From: Actinomycetota bacterium
Lineage (GTDB): Bacteria; Actinomycetota; Actinomycetes; S36-B12; UBA10799
NCBI GenBank assembly: GCA_963169255.1
Contig: CAUJEJ010000040.1
Span: forward strand, 1 to 51,791
DNA: 51,791 nucleotides
Reading direction: 5' to 3'
In this document: in pieces, positions 8,963 to 18,149 of the stretch
Position numbering within the stretch: the first letter of the stretch is position 1
How the letters are laid out: every line of letters begins with the position of its first letter
Notes under the pieces: generated by a model
What the model saw: the letters and a program-made list of their open reading frames with translations, nothing else
What the model was told of the DNA's origin: nothing
Database searches by the model: none
Position numbers and translations under genes: made by a program

Positions 8963-11185
8963 CTAGCGGTTGTAGTACGGGTTGTAACGCTGGTAGCGGT
9001 CGGAGTTGTAACCGTAGCCGTTGCTGCTGCCATTGCGGTTGTAGCCACCGCGTCGAGCCTGCTGTAGGCCATTCTTGGCTTCGAGGTCGAACGACTCCGC
9101 GTTGCCGCCGAGCGCGCCTTGCATCGCGCTGCGCCAGATCGGTCCAGGGATCGAGCTGCCGTGGACCTTGCTGTAGTAGTTGCCACCGATTGTGACGTTC
9201 TGCATTGGGTACTTGAAACCACCGCGGGGATCGCCCGCCCAGACGGCTGCTGCGATGTCCGGGGTGTATCCGGCGAACCACACGGCAGCGTTGGAGTCAG
9301 TCGTACCCGTCTTACCTGCTGCGTCGCGACCGAGGGTCATGGCTTGGCCGGTGCGCGAGCCCGAGCCATCGATCACGCCGGTGAGGATCGCGGTGGTCGC
9401 ATCGGCGACCTCACGGCTCACTGCCTTGCGGCAGGCACCGTCATTGGTGTAGAGCATCTGGCCCTCGAGGGACGAGACGGTCGAGACTGCGTGGGGCTTG
9501 CAGTAGACGCCGTGGTTGGCAAATGCCGCGTAGGCACCGGCGACCGACAAAGGCGAGACTTCCATCGAGCCGAGTGTGAACGACGGGTAGCGAAGCAGCG
9601 GCTCACCGTTGCCAAGCTTCACGCCCATGCGCTCGGCGATGTCGACGGTGCGGCAAAGTCCAGCGCGACGCTGCAGTTCAACGAAGTACGTGTTGACCGA
9701 CATCGCTGTGCCACTCCACATATTGAACGTGCCAGAACCGGTCGAGTTGTTCACCGTGTAGCTAGGCTGGTTGAAGTTCTCACCGCAGCCCCAGTCGCCT
9801 GGTGCAAAGGTCTTGCGCTGAGGCGAAGAGATGTACTCAGTTGGGCTGATGCCCTTTTCGAACGCAGCAGCAAGGGTGAACGCCTTGAATACCGATCCGG
9901 CCTGCATCCCAATCGTGCCACCGTCCGCTGCATCCGCCGCGTAGTTGTAGGTGGTTACGCCGACGCCCTTGGTTCCCCAACGACGGTTCTGAGCCATGGC
10001 CAGGATGTCTCCGGTGCCTGGCTCGACCATCGCAATTGCGGCGGCCTTCTTGCTCGGATCCTTCGGCGGCACACGGCTGTCGACGGCTCGTTGCGCTGCG
10101 TCTTGGGCCTTGATGTCGAGCGCAGACTTGATGACAAATCCACCGCGCTTGACGAGGTCCTCGCGCTCGGTGACGGTTGCGCCGTACTTCTCGTCGTTCT
10201 TGATCTGGTTGATGATGAAGTCACAGTAGAACGGGTACTTACTTTGCGCGCAGCCGTTCTGCAGTTGGGTGGGGCGCAGGGTCTTGGCAATGGGAACGGC
10301 CTTGGCCTTCTCAGCCTCCGCGGGAGTGATGAACCCTTGCAAGGCCATGCGGTCAAGTACGACGTTGCGACGAACCTGGGCAAGCTTCGGGTTTTGCGTC
10401 GGGTCGTAGCCGACCGGTTGCTGCACAAGCCCGGCAAGCGTCGCCGCCTGCGGCAAGCTGACCTGCGAGGCACTCACGTCGAAGTAACGCTTCGCCGCAG
10501 CTTCAACGCCGTAGGCGCCAGCACCGAAGTAGCTGACGTTCAGGTAGCCCTCAAGGATCTGCTCTTTCGTCATTTCCTTTTCGATGGCCAGGGCGTAGCG
10601 CATTTCTTGCAGCTTGCGCCCGATCGTGCGGACGCGGGCGTCTTCGATCTGTTCTTTGGTTTTGGCGTTCGTGATGAGCTGGTTGCGTACGTACTGCATC
10701 GTGATCGTCGAGCTGCCCTGCTGCACGTCACCAGCCTGGGAGTTCGCTACCAGCGCTCGCCCAGCGCCCTTGAGGTCGACGCCGTTGTGCTCGTAGAAGC
10801 GCGCGTCTTCAGTGGCAATCGCGGCCTGCTGAATCATGGGCGAAATCTGATCGAGCGGCACCACGACGCGGTTCTCTGTGTACAGAGTCGCGATCCGGGT
10901 GCCGTCATTCGCGGTGATGTAGGAGCGCTGCGGCAGCGGTTGCGCCTGCAACTCACGCGGCAGCGAGTCGAACGTCATGGTGGCTTGGCGCGTGGCAAAC
11001 GCGGCGGTGCCTACAAACGGCAGAGCCATGGCAGCGACAATTGCACCGGCGAGGGCGCTAATGAGTAAAAACTCACGAACACTCCGGGCCCGGTTTGGAC
11101 CAGCGGGAGAAGAAGGCACGCCCATGAGACGAAAGGGTAAGCCGGAAAGTTTCGTTATGGACCATTTGGGTGCAATCGAATCCAT
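8963..11185 (-). CDS. ponA: class A penicillin-binding protein (transglycosylase/transpeptidase), PonA2-like by synteny
   Basis: 740 aa with an N-terminal TM anchor. GT51 motifs EDARFYEHNGVD and GSSTITMQ; transpeptidase motifs SVFK (SxxK), SVN (SxN) and KTGTT. It ends in a Tyr/Asn/Gly-rich C-terminal tail. Confidence 0.9.
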   Translation of the reverse strand: MDSIAPKWSITKLSGLPFRLMGVPSSPAGPNRARSVREFLLISALAGAIVAAMALPFVGTAAFATRQATMTFDSLPRELQAQPLPQRSYITANDGTRIATLYTENRVVVPLDQISPMIQQAAIATEDARFYEHNGVDLKGAGRALVANSQAGDVQQGSSTITMQYVRNQLITNAKTKEQIEDARVRTIGRKLQEMRYALAIEKEMTKEQILEGYLNVSYFGAGAYGVEAAAKRYFDVSASQVSLPQAATLAGLVQQPVGYDPTQNPKLAQVRRNVVLDRMALQGFITPAEAEKAKAVPIAKTLRPTQLQNGCAQSKYPFYCDFIINQIKNDEKYGATVTEREDLVKRGGFVIKSALDIKAQDAAQRAVDSRVPPKDPSKKAAAIAMVEPGTGDILAMAQNRRWGTKGVGVTTYNYAADAADGGTIGMQAGSVFKAFTLAAAFEKGISPTEYISSPQRKTFAPGDWGCGENFNQPSYTVNNSTGSGTFNMWSGTAMSVNTYFVELQRRAGLCRTVDIAERMGVKLGNGEPLLRYPSFTLGSMEVSPLSVAGAYAAFANHGVYCKPHAVSTVSSLEGQMLYTNDGACRKAVSREVADATTAILTGVIDGSGSRTGQAMTLGRDAAGKTGTTDSNAAVWFAGYTPDIAAAVWAGDPRGGFKYPMQNVTIGGNYYSKVHGSSIPGPIWRSAMQGALGGNAESFDLEAKNGLQQARRGGYNRNGSSNGYGYNSDRYQRYNPYYNR

Positions 11186-11352
11186 GTGAGGTTCGTCAGT
11201 AGTCCAAATGAACTATCAAAATTGGTCAGTCCGGACCTTTTGATGAGCAGAGGGTGAACGTACGGTTACACGACGCATCACAACGCGCACAGCGTGCTTC
11301 CCCAGTGCGCACTCACCTGACGGAACTTTAGAACTGCCTGTGAAAGGTAACC

Positions 11353-11718
11353 ATGAATTGGATGAATGACTGGCCAGCTCAAGCGGCGTGTCGGGGAACT
11401 GATCCCGACCGTTTATTCGTGCAGGGAGCAGCACAGAATCGAGCGAAGGCCATTTGTTTCGGCTGCCCAGTGCGTACCGAGTGCCTGGCTGACTCACTCG
11501 ACAACCAGATCGAGTTCGGCGTCTGGGGCGGAATGACGGAGCGCGAGCGCCGTGCGCTTCTTCGTCGTCGGCCCGAGGTTCGCTCGTGGCGCACCCTGCT
11601 TGAGACCGCACGTCTCGAGCACACCCAGGGCGACGTTGTCGCGATCCCGACCCAGCAGGTCACGGCGGACGTTCGCGACCAGTCGGTCGATCTGCGCACC
11701 CGCACCTCGGTCGCCTAA
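11353..11718 (+). CDS. whiB4: WhiB-family Fe-S redox-sensing transcription factor (WhiB4-like)
   Basis: Four Cys (C-x22-C-x2-C-x5-C: ACRGTDPD...ICFGCPVRTEC) and the GVWGG turn. It is divergent from ponA as in the M. tuberculosis whiB4-ponA2 arrangement, and the core sequence strongly resembles WhiB4 as I remember it. Confidence 0.85.
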   Translation: MNWMNDWPAQAACRGTDPDRLFVQGAAQNRAKAICFGCPVRTECLADSLDNQIEFGVWGGMTERERRALLRRRPEVRSWRTLLETARLEHTQGDVVAIPTQQVTADVRDQSVDLRTRTSVA

Positions 11719-11835
11719 GGCAAATCGCCTCGGCGCTGATTTCACGTCAACGAACCCCATCGCATACGTGCGGTGGGGTTCGTTGCGTCTGCGTTGTGTC
11801 GAATCTTCGAGGTTGCCGATGAAGGCGATGTGGCG

Positions 11836-13014
11836 TCAGGCCTGAGTTGCCAGGGCGGCGGCGACTTCGCGCAGGCCGTCCAGGTCGTGCACGTCACCAG
11901 CGAGCGCCGGAGCAGCCGCGGCGGGAACGTGTGGATGCGCTGCGCTAAACCGTTGCGCCAGACGGCGCTGGCGCTGCCCGTTCTGCACGCGATCGGCATG
12001 AAGTCGCAGCATTCCGGCCGTGAGCGGGTGTTCGTTGGCTTCGTCGAGTCGGTCGGCGGCAGCAACCGCTGTCTCGGCAGTGAGCTGCGGCAGCGGTACT
12101 TCTTGCACCCGATTCAGGATGAGCCCGGCAAGCGGCATGTTTTCTCCGGCGAGGCGTTCAACGAAGTACGACGCCTCGCGTAGCGCATCGCGCTCGGGCG
12201 CCGCAACGACTAAGAAGCGGGTATCCGGTGCCTGCAGCTGGGCGTAGGTGGCCTCGGCTCGCTGTCGGAACCCACCGAAGAGGGCATCAAAGGAGGCGAC
12301 AAACGTCTGGAGGTCTTTGAGTACCTGCGCACCGATCAGCTTGGTGAGTGTTCCCGTCACCATGCTCATCCCGGCGCTCATTACCTTCGCGCCGAACCTG
12401 CCCGCGCCACGAGCGGGAGCGCTTAGCAGCTTCATCAACCGCCCGTCGAGGAACGAGCCGAGCCGTTTAGGCGCATCGAGGAAGTCCAGGGCCGAACGCG
12501 ACGGCGGCGTATCGACAATGATGAGGTTCCAGGTGTCGGTCGCTTCGGCAGCCGCTCGCAACTGCCCGAGCTTCTCCATCGCCATGTACTCCTGCGTACC
12601 GGCGAACGAGCTTGAGAGCGCTTGATAGAAGGGGTTGTCCAGGATCTGTTGTGCTCGTTCCGGGTCGGACTGCGCCTCAACGATCTCGTCGAACGTGCGC
12701 TTCATGTCCAGCATCATCGCGTCGAGCGAACCGCCGTTGGAGGTGTCGACGTCGTTGACGGCACGCGGAGTGTTGTCGAGTTCGGTCAAGCCCATGGACT
12801 GCGCAAGCCGACGGGCTGGATCGATCGTCATCACGCAGACCTTGCGACCTCGTTCCGCGGCGCGGATACCCAACGATGCCGCGGTCGTGGTCTTGCCTAC
12901 TCCGCCGGACCCGCAACACACGATCACGCGGACACCAGGGTCGTCGATGAGTGCATCGATATCGAGTACGGGGGTTCCCTCCGGCAAGGCAGGGAGCATC
13001 TGTGGTTCAGGCAT
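11836..13014 (-). CDS. ArsA/Get3-like ATPase (Rv3680-like)
   Basis: Deviant Walker A CCGSGGVGKTTTAASL. It is paired with a second ArsA-like gene through a 1-nt TGATG overlap. Confidence 0.85.
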   Translation of the reverse strand: MPEPQMLPALPEGTPVLDIDALIDDPGVRVIVCCGSGGVGKTTTAASLGIRAAERGRKVCVMTIDPARRLAQSMGLTELDNTPRAVNDVDTSNGGSLDAMMLDMKRTFDEIVEAQSDPERAQQILDNPFYQALSSSFAGTQEYMAMEKLGQLRAAAEATDTWNLIIVDTPPSRSALDFLDAPKRLGSFLDGRLMKLLSAPARGAGRFGAKVMSAGMSMVTGTLTKLIGAQVLKDLQTFVASFDALFGGFRQRAEATYAQLQAPDTRFLVVAAPERDALREASYFVERLAGENMPLAGLILNRVQEVPLPQLTAETAVAAADRLDEANEHPLTAGMLRLHADRVQNGQRQRRLAQRFSAAHPHVPAAAAPALAGDVHDLDGLREVAAALATQA

Positions 13015-14051
13015 CAGACGGCTCCCTGGTCGCGGAGCATTCGCGACATCGCGTACAGCGCACCGAGATCTATCCCGCCGCTCATCTCCGGCAGCTCGTA
13101 GATTGGCTGGTCGGTCGTGTCGAGGCGCTCGCGTTCGATCCGTTCCAACTCGATTCGCTGAGCATGTTCGGCAGCCTCGGCCATCAGCACCTTGCTCACG
13201 GTCGTTGTGTTGAGCTTGCGTGGCAGTCTCGCGGCCTCAACACCAGCCTTCACCTCGTCGAAGTCGAGGGTGCCGTCCAACGCGGCAGCAACACCATCCG
13301 GGGTTAGGCGGGGCCCGCGCATCATGTTGACGATGACGGCGCCGACCGGCAAGCGGCTCTCGTGCAGTTCCTGAATGCCATCGAGTGTCTCCTGGACAGG
13401 CATTTCTTCCAGCAACGTCACCAGATGCACCGCGGTTCGTGGCGAGCGGATCACCGCCATTACCGAGTCGGATTGCGACTTGATGGGCCCGACCTTTGCC
13501 AGCCCGGCGACCTCACTGCTGACGTTGAGGAAGCGTGCGATTCTCCCCGTCGGGGGCGCGTCCATGACGATGGCGTCATACGCGGGTTTACCGGCACGCT
13601 CACCTCGTTTGACCGCCTCGATCGCCTTGCCGGTCAGCAGAACATCGCGAACCCCGGGAGCGATTGTGGTGGCGAAGTCGATTGCTCCCAGTTTTCGGAG
13701 AGCGCTGCCTGCGCGGCGCATGTTGTAGAACATTTCGAGGTACTCAAGGAGTGCTGCTTCTGGATCGACCGCAAGCGCGAAGACCTCACCCCCATCGGGG
13801 GCAACCGCCACGAGGCGCTCCTCATAGGGCAACGGAGGCGTGTCGAAGAGTTGCGCGATTCCCTGACGCCCCTCGACCTCCATGAGCAGCACGCGCCGCC
13901 CGCCAGAAGCGAGCGCAAGGGCGAGGGCAGCGGCGACGGTCGTCTTCCCTGTACCGCCCTTCCCTGACACCACATGCAGGCGAACCTTGGGCCAATCCCC
14001 ACCTCGCGCCGAACCTGGATTTGGTCGGTTCGCAGGGGAAGAGGGGGACAC
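13014..14051 (-). CDS. ArsA/Get3-like ATPase (Rv3679-like)
   Basis: Walker A SGKGGTGKTTVAAALA and VMDAPPTG; first gene of the two-gene pair. Confidence 0.85.
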   Translation of the reverse strand: MSPSSPANRPNPGSARGGDWPKVRLHVVSGKGGTGKTTVAAALALALASGGRRVLLMEVEGRQGIAQLFDTPPLPYEERLVAVAPDGGEVFALAVDPEAALLEYLEMFYNMRRAGSALRKLGAIDFATTIAPGVRDVLLTGKAIEAVKRGERAGKPAYDAIVMDAPPTGRIARFLNVSSEVAGLAKVGPIKSQSDSVMAVIRSPRTAVHLVTLLEEMPVQETLDGIQELHESRLPVGAVIVNMMRGPRLTPDGVAAALDGTLDFDEVKAGVEAARLPRKLNTTTVSKVLMAEAAEHAQRIELERIERERLDTTDQPIYELPEMSGGIDLGALYAMSRMLRDQGAV

Positions 14052-14136
14052 AGTTGCTCAGCGTATCTGGCGAACCAGTCGGTTTCGCGGGTGCGCGAGA
14101 AGCACTCGCAGGGCAGCGGGCCTAAAGTTGGCGACT

Positions 14137-14292
14137 ATGACGACTTGGGAGTACCTCACCGCACCGCTGCTCATTCACAACACGAAGGCGATCCTCGACA
14201 ACTTCGGCCTCGATGGTTGGGAACTCGTGCAAATCGTTCCCGGCCCCAATGCGGAGAACCTGGTCGCCTACTTCAAGCGGCCACGGGCCTAG
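14137..14292 (+). CDS. DUF4177 domain protein
   Basis: 51 aa from ATG 14137 (MTTWEYLTAPLLIHNTKAILDNFGLDGWELVQIVPG...). The position upstream of RidA is conserved, as I recall, in mycobacteria (Rv3678A-like). Confidence 0.7.
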   Translation: MTTWEYLTAPLLIHNTKAILDNFGLDGWELVQIVPGPNAENLVAYFKRPRA

Positions 14293-14301
14293 GCACCCCA
14301 A

Positions 14302-14817
14302 ATGTCGGGAGTTGAGGCGCGTCTGGCTGACCTGGGTCGACCTTTGCCCGTCGCACCCACCCCGCTGGCGGCTTACGTGCCCGCGGTTCGATCCGGGAAT
14401 CTCGTTTTCACTGCTGGCCAATTGCCGATGGTCGGCGGAGAACTGCATGCCACCGGGCTTGTGAGCGGCGATTCAACCGACAGCGTCGTGGATGGTTGGA
14501 TCATTGACGCAGGTCTCGTCGAACTTGAGGTTGCCAAGGAATGTGCCGCAATTGCGGTCTTGAACGCGCTCGCCGCGGTCAAGACCGTTGCGAACCTTGA
14601 TGACATCGTCCGCATTGTGAAGCTCACCGGGTTCGTCGCGACCGTGCCAGGGTTCGCCGCACACCCGGGAGTCGTCAACGGCGCCTCCGAGCTTCTTGGT
14701 GCGGTGTGGGGGGATGCTGGAAGGCACGCCCGTTCGGCCGTTGGCGTCGCTAGCTTGCCGCTGAACGCTCCCGTCGAGATCGAATTGATTGTGGAGCTCG
14801 CGCGCGCAGATGGGTGA
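14302..14817 (+). CDS. RidA/YjgF-family protein
   Basis: 171 aa with the typical GNLVFTAGQLP motif and C-terminal ARSAVGVASLPLNAPVEIE. Confidence 0.85.
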   Translation: MSGVEARLADLGRPLPVAPTPLAAYVPAVRSGNLVFTAGQLPMVGGELHATGLVSGDSTDSVVDGWIIDAGLVELEVAKECAAIAVLNALAAVKTVANLDDIVRIVKLTGFVATVPGFAAHPGVVNGASELLGAVWGDAGRHARSAVGVASLPLNAPVEIELIVELARADG

Positions 14818-15664
14818 ACGTTCGCAGCTATCGATGCCGCCCGAACTCGCCGCGCGAGCGCGGGCGCTCGTCGCTGCGGAGTCCACTGGCGACGTCAGCT
14901 GGACGCCGCCGCCAGTCCGTGATGCCGCGACTGTGGTGATGGTTCGCGACGACGTCGACGGACTTCAGGTGTACCTGCAGCGGCGAGTGCGCACGATGGC
15001 CTTCGCTGCTGGAATGCACGTGTTCCCCGGCGGCGCCGTCGAACCACAAGACGTGGTGGCTGCTGCTGCCCTCCTCGCCGGTCGAAGAGATGCCGCCTCG
15101 TGGCCGTTCGCCAGTCGCCCGAACGTGAGCCCAGGCGAAGACAACCTGGTGAACCGGGTTGCGGCCGTTCGTGAGACCTTCGAGGAGACCAGCCACGACC
15201 TTGGCGACCCGTTCCTGTTGGCCTACATCGGGCACTGGGTGACGCCGGCGGTCGAGGACCGTCGATTCGACACGAGGTTCTACGCCGCAGTTGTTTCTGG
15301 CGAGCACCATATACGTGAGAACTCCGGAGAATCGGACGCTGAACGTTGGGTGCGACCAGCTGATGCCCTTGCCGAATCGGCGGCAGGACGAATGCACATG
15401 TTGCCGCCAACAGTTGCGACGTTGGCTGATTTTGCCGCCGCCGCGGCACTGGGGGAGAACGCAGAGCAGGCGATCGCCTCAATCGCCACCCGACCAATTC
15501 GTCCCCTCATGCCAAGTCCGACCGCTGACCCAGTCGATCCCACCGGCATCCGTTGGCGCCTCGTGGACTTCCGCGATGGTGAGGAGATCGCGAGTATTGG
15601 TGGCCCGCCTGCGGGCTCGGAATCAGGTGGTATTCACACCAGCCTCGGTGACCTCAATGAGTGA
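14810..15664 (+). CDS. NUDIX-family hydrolase
   Basis: Nudix-like box FPGGAVEP...VRETFEETS. The start is chosen at ATG 14810, overlapping the RidA stop (ATGGGTGA); this start is uncertain. Confidence 0.7.
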   Translation: MGERSQLSMPPELAARARALVAAESTGDVSWTPPPVRDAATVVMVRDDVDGLQVYLQRRVRTMAFAAGMHVFPGGAVEPQDVVAAAALLAGRRDAASWPFASRPNVSPGEDNLVNRVAAVRETFEETSHDLGDPFLLAYIGHWVTPAVEDRRFDTRFYAAVVSGEHHIRENSGESDAERWVRPADALAESAAGRMHMLPPTVATLADFAAAAALGENAEQAIASIATRPIRPLMPSPTADPVDPTGIRWRLVDFRDGEEIASIGGPPAGSESGGIHTSLGDLNE

Positions 15665-15712
15665 TTCAGATCGAGTCTCGGCGTTGTCAGATCGCGCGAT
15701 TGAAGGCGTTCG

Positions 15713-16555
15713 GTGACGGGTGCGATTGGCGGTCCTGGGTTCGCCGGTGAATGGCATGGTGGAGCAATCACGTCTTATGCGACGTGTGTACTGGCGCCTA
15801 ACGCAGGACCGCAAACCCTGGACGGGACCAATACGTGGGTGGTGCGCGCGCCCGGCGCAACAGGTGTGACCGTGATTGACCCCGGACCGAACGACATCGC
15901 CCACTGGCAGCAGGTGGCACGCGAAGTCGAGCAGCGTGGCGCTCGAATCGAGCGGATCCTGCTGACCCATGGCCACCTCGACCACAGCGCCGGCGCGCGC
16001 CTGTTTGCCGAAGCCGCGGGCTGCACGGTGCAGGCGCTTGATCCCGCGCACCAATACGGCAGCGAGGGTCTCGTCGGGGGAGATGTGATTGATGAGTCCG
16101 GCGTCGAGATCCACGTCGTAGCAACGCCGGGGCACACATCGGACTCACTGTCCTTCTATCTGCCTCAGGACGGTTCGATTCTCACGGGCGACACCGTGCT
16201 CGGCCGCGGAACGACGGTGGTGGCGTACCCAGACGGAACGCTCGTCGAGTACCTCGATTCGTTGCATCGCCTACGAGAGCTGATTGCCGATTCGCACGTC
16301 AGCACGATCCTGCCTGGTCACGGACCGACGTTGAACCAGCCTGACGAGGTGATCGATTACTACCTCGCTCACCGCCACGAACGTCTCGATCAAGTGCGCG
16401 CGGCCGTCAGTGAATTGGATGTTGCGGAGTTGCCCGTTGAAGACGTCGCGCAACGAGTCGTCGAATCGGTCTACGCCGACGTGCCGCGGGCCGTGTGGCC
16501 GTTGGCGTTGCTGAGTGTGCGCGCGCAGTTGGAGTACCTCGCCACTCGCCGGTGA
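15713..16555 (+). CDS. MBL-fold metallo-hydrolase (Rv3677c-like)
   Basis: THGHLDHSAG (HxHxDH) motif and downstream TPGHTSDS. Confidence 0.85.
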   Translation: MTGAIGGPGFAGEWHGGAITSYATCVLAPNAGPQTLDGTNTWVVRAPGATGVTVIDPGPNDIAHWQQVAREVEQRGARIERILLTHGHLDHSAGARLFAEAAGCTVQALDPAHQYGSEGLVGGDVIDESGVEIHVVATPGHTSDSLSFYLPQDGSILTGDTVLGRGTTVVAYPDGTLVEYLDSLHRLRELIADSHVSTILPGHGPTLNQPDEVIDYYLAHRHERLDQVRAAVSELDVAELPVEDVAQRVVESVYADVPRAVWPLALLSVRAQLEYLATRR

Positions 16556-16587
16556 CGGTCGAACCAGAGTGAAAGCTCCGGTTCCGG

Positions 16588-17262
16588 TTACTTCGAGCGG
16601 CGGTCGAGGCGTTCCGGGTCGATGAGGATGACCGAACGGGATTCGAGGCGAATCCACCCGCGTGCGGCAAAGTCGGCGAGGGCCTTGTTCACCGTCTCGC
16701 GGGATGCGCCAACGAGTTGAGCAAGTTCCTCTTGAGTCATGTCGTGGGTGACGTGAATGCCGTCAGGCAGCGGGCGCCCGAACTTCTCACCAAGCTCAAG
16801 AAGGGTCTTTGCCACGCGACCGGGGACATCGGAGAACACGAGGTCGGCCATCTGCTCATTCGTGCGACGCAGACGTTGCGCCAGGGCCTGAAGCAGCGCT
16901 TCGGCAACCTCTGGGCGTCCGGTCAGCCACGGCCGCAACGCACCATGGCCTAGGCCCATAAGGGAAGTTTCGGTGAGCGCCGTTGCCGTCGCGGTTCGAG
17001 GTCCGGGATCAAACAAGGAAAGTTCGCCAAGCAGTTCACCCGGTCCGAGGACTGCCAAAAGGCTCTCGCGGCCATCCTTCGAGGTGTGGCCGAGCTTCAT
17101 TTTGCCGTCGGTGATGATGTAGAGCCGCTCGCCGCGATCGCCCTCGTTGAACAGCACCTGCCCCTTGTTCAGGCTGACGGTGTCCATCGACGCACGCAAT
17201 GCCGCGGCTGCCTCGGGATCGAGCGCAGCAAACATCGGTGCCCGGCTCAGTACATCGTCCAC
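16588..17262 (-). CDS. crp: cAMP receptor protein, Crp/Fnr family regulator
   Basis: 224 aa with a cNMP-binding domain (GDRGERLYIITDGKMKL, GELSLFD..RTATA) and C-terminal HTH (QEELAQLVGASRETVNKALADF). Strongly resembles mycobacterial Crp/GlxR. Confidence 0.93.
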   Translation of the reverse strand: MDDVLSRAPMFAALDPEAAAALRASMDTVSLNKGQVLFNEGDRGERLYIITDGKMKLGHTSKDGRESLLAVLGPGELLGELSLFDPGPRTATATALTETSLMGLGHGALRPWLTGRPEVAEALLQALAQRLRRTNEQMADLVFSDVPGRVAKTLLELGEKFGRPLPDGIHVTHDMTQEELAQLVGASRETVNKALADFAARGWIRLESRSVILIDPERLDRRSK

Positions 17263-17522
17263 GTGGGTTTCCTCGCTAAAGACTGGTGATTTCCTCGGCC
17301 GCCATTGTGGCGCATTTAACAGCCGACTTGCATTTTCTTAGTTGGGCCAATGACCTCGCGTTCGAGTTTCGTTGGCTCGTGTAACTAAACCTACTCACAT
17401 TTCGGGCGGTCCGGCGAGATCTCGCGCCTGAGTTTGCGACAAAGAATCGCCGTCCATTTGACGAAAAGGGTGATTCTGTCAATTGCCGGGCTAAAACGCC
17501 TAGCTACAGCGGGCCGGTTTGC

Positions 17523-18080
17523 CTAGAGCGGCGCGGGACGTTGGGCTCGACGCGGCAGCGCGCTCAGCACCAACGACGGATCCTCGCGGTACCTGCGGAC
17601 GAGTTCTTGGGTTGCGGCATCGATCAGCCCGAATAGCCGAGTGCGCTCTTCGGAGAGTTCGCGTTCGGCGGCTACCAGTTCTAGCTCGAGTTGGTCGTCA
17701 TCGGCACCGTTGATGCCGCGATTCCACAAATGGTCGAGCCCTGCGAGCGGCTGATCCCCCTGGGGCTGCACGCTCAGAATCCCTTTGCGGCTGTTCGCGC
17801 CCATCTGTTGGCTAAGGATTCGATGGAGTCCTTCTACCGTGGCGCCTCGTTTGACTGCACCGTCGCGCAGTAGGTCGAGTCGGGCCTGGATGATTCGGCG
17901 CCAGTACGACACCTGGTTCTCGCGTTCGGTCAAGAGTTGGCGCACCTTGCGTAACTTCTCAAGCGGAAGCGATTCGACATCGAAGTCCGCTGCCGAGGTG
18001 ACGGCACCAGCGCGCGACGCGTCGACCTGGTCAGGGACAGCGTCGTCCCCAAGTGGCCTAGCCGGGTGTCCTACGGGCAT
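17523..18080 (-). CDS. RsiG-like coiled-coil protein (candidate c-di-GMP-binding anti-sigma factor)
   Basis: 185 aa. ENQVSYWRRIIQARLD fits E-x3-S-x2-R-x3-Q-x3-D exactly (17874-17921). A second copy, ERELSEERTRLFGLID, has Q replaced by F (17619-17666). Confidence 0.6.
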   Translation of the reverse strand: MPVGHPARPLGDDAVPDQVDASRAGAVTSAADFDVESLPLEKLRKVRQLLTERENQVSYWRRIIQARLDLLRDGAVKRGATVEGLHRILSQQMGANSRKGILSVQPQGDQPLAGLDHLWNRGINGADDDQLELELVAAERELSEERTRLFGLIDAATQELVRRYREDPSLVLSALPRRAQRPAPL

Positions 18081-18149
18081 GTCAGTTCCGTTCCGCCGGG
18101 TACGAATTCCAACGTCCTACCGTTGTTGCGTCATTGCTTCTAACGTGAG

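Noticed and set aside
9119-11068. 649-aa ORF on the plus strand opposite the PBP gene
   Set aside because: It is an Arg/Gly/Val/Asp-rich, motif-free translation antisense to a gene with clear GT51/transpeptidase motifs. This is a typical high-GC shadow ORF.
11254-11271. GTGAACGTACGGTTACAC upstream of whiB4 as a possible Crp site
   Set aside because: The half-sites only fit with an 8-nt spacer instead of 6 and match poorly (GGTGA / TTACA), so I do not regard it as a CRP box.
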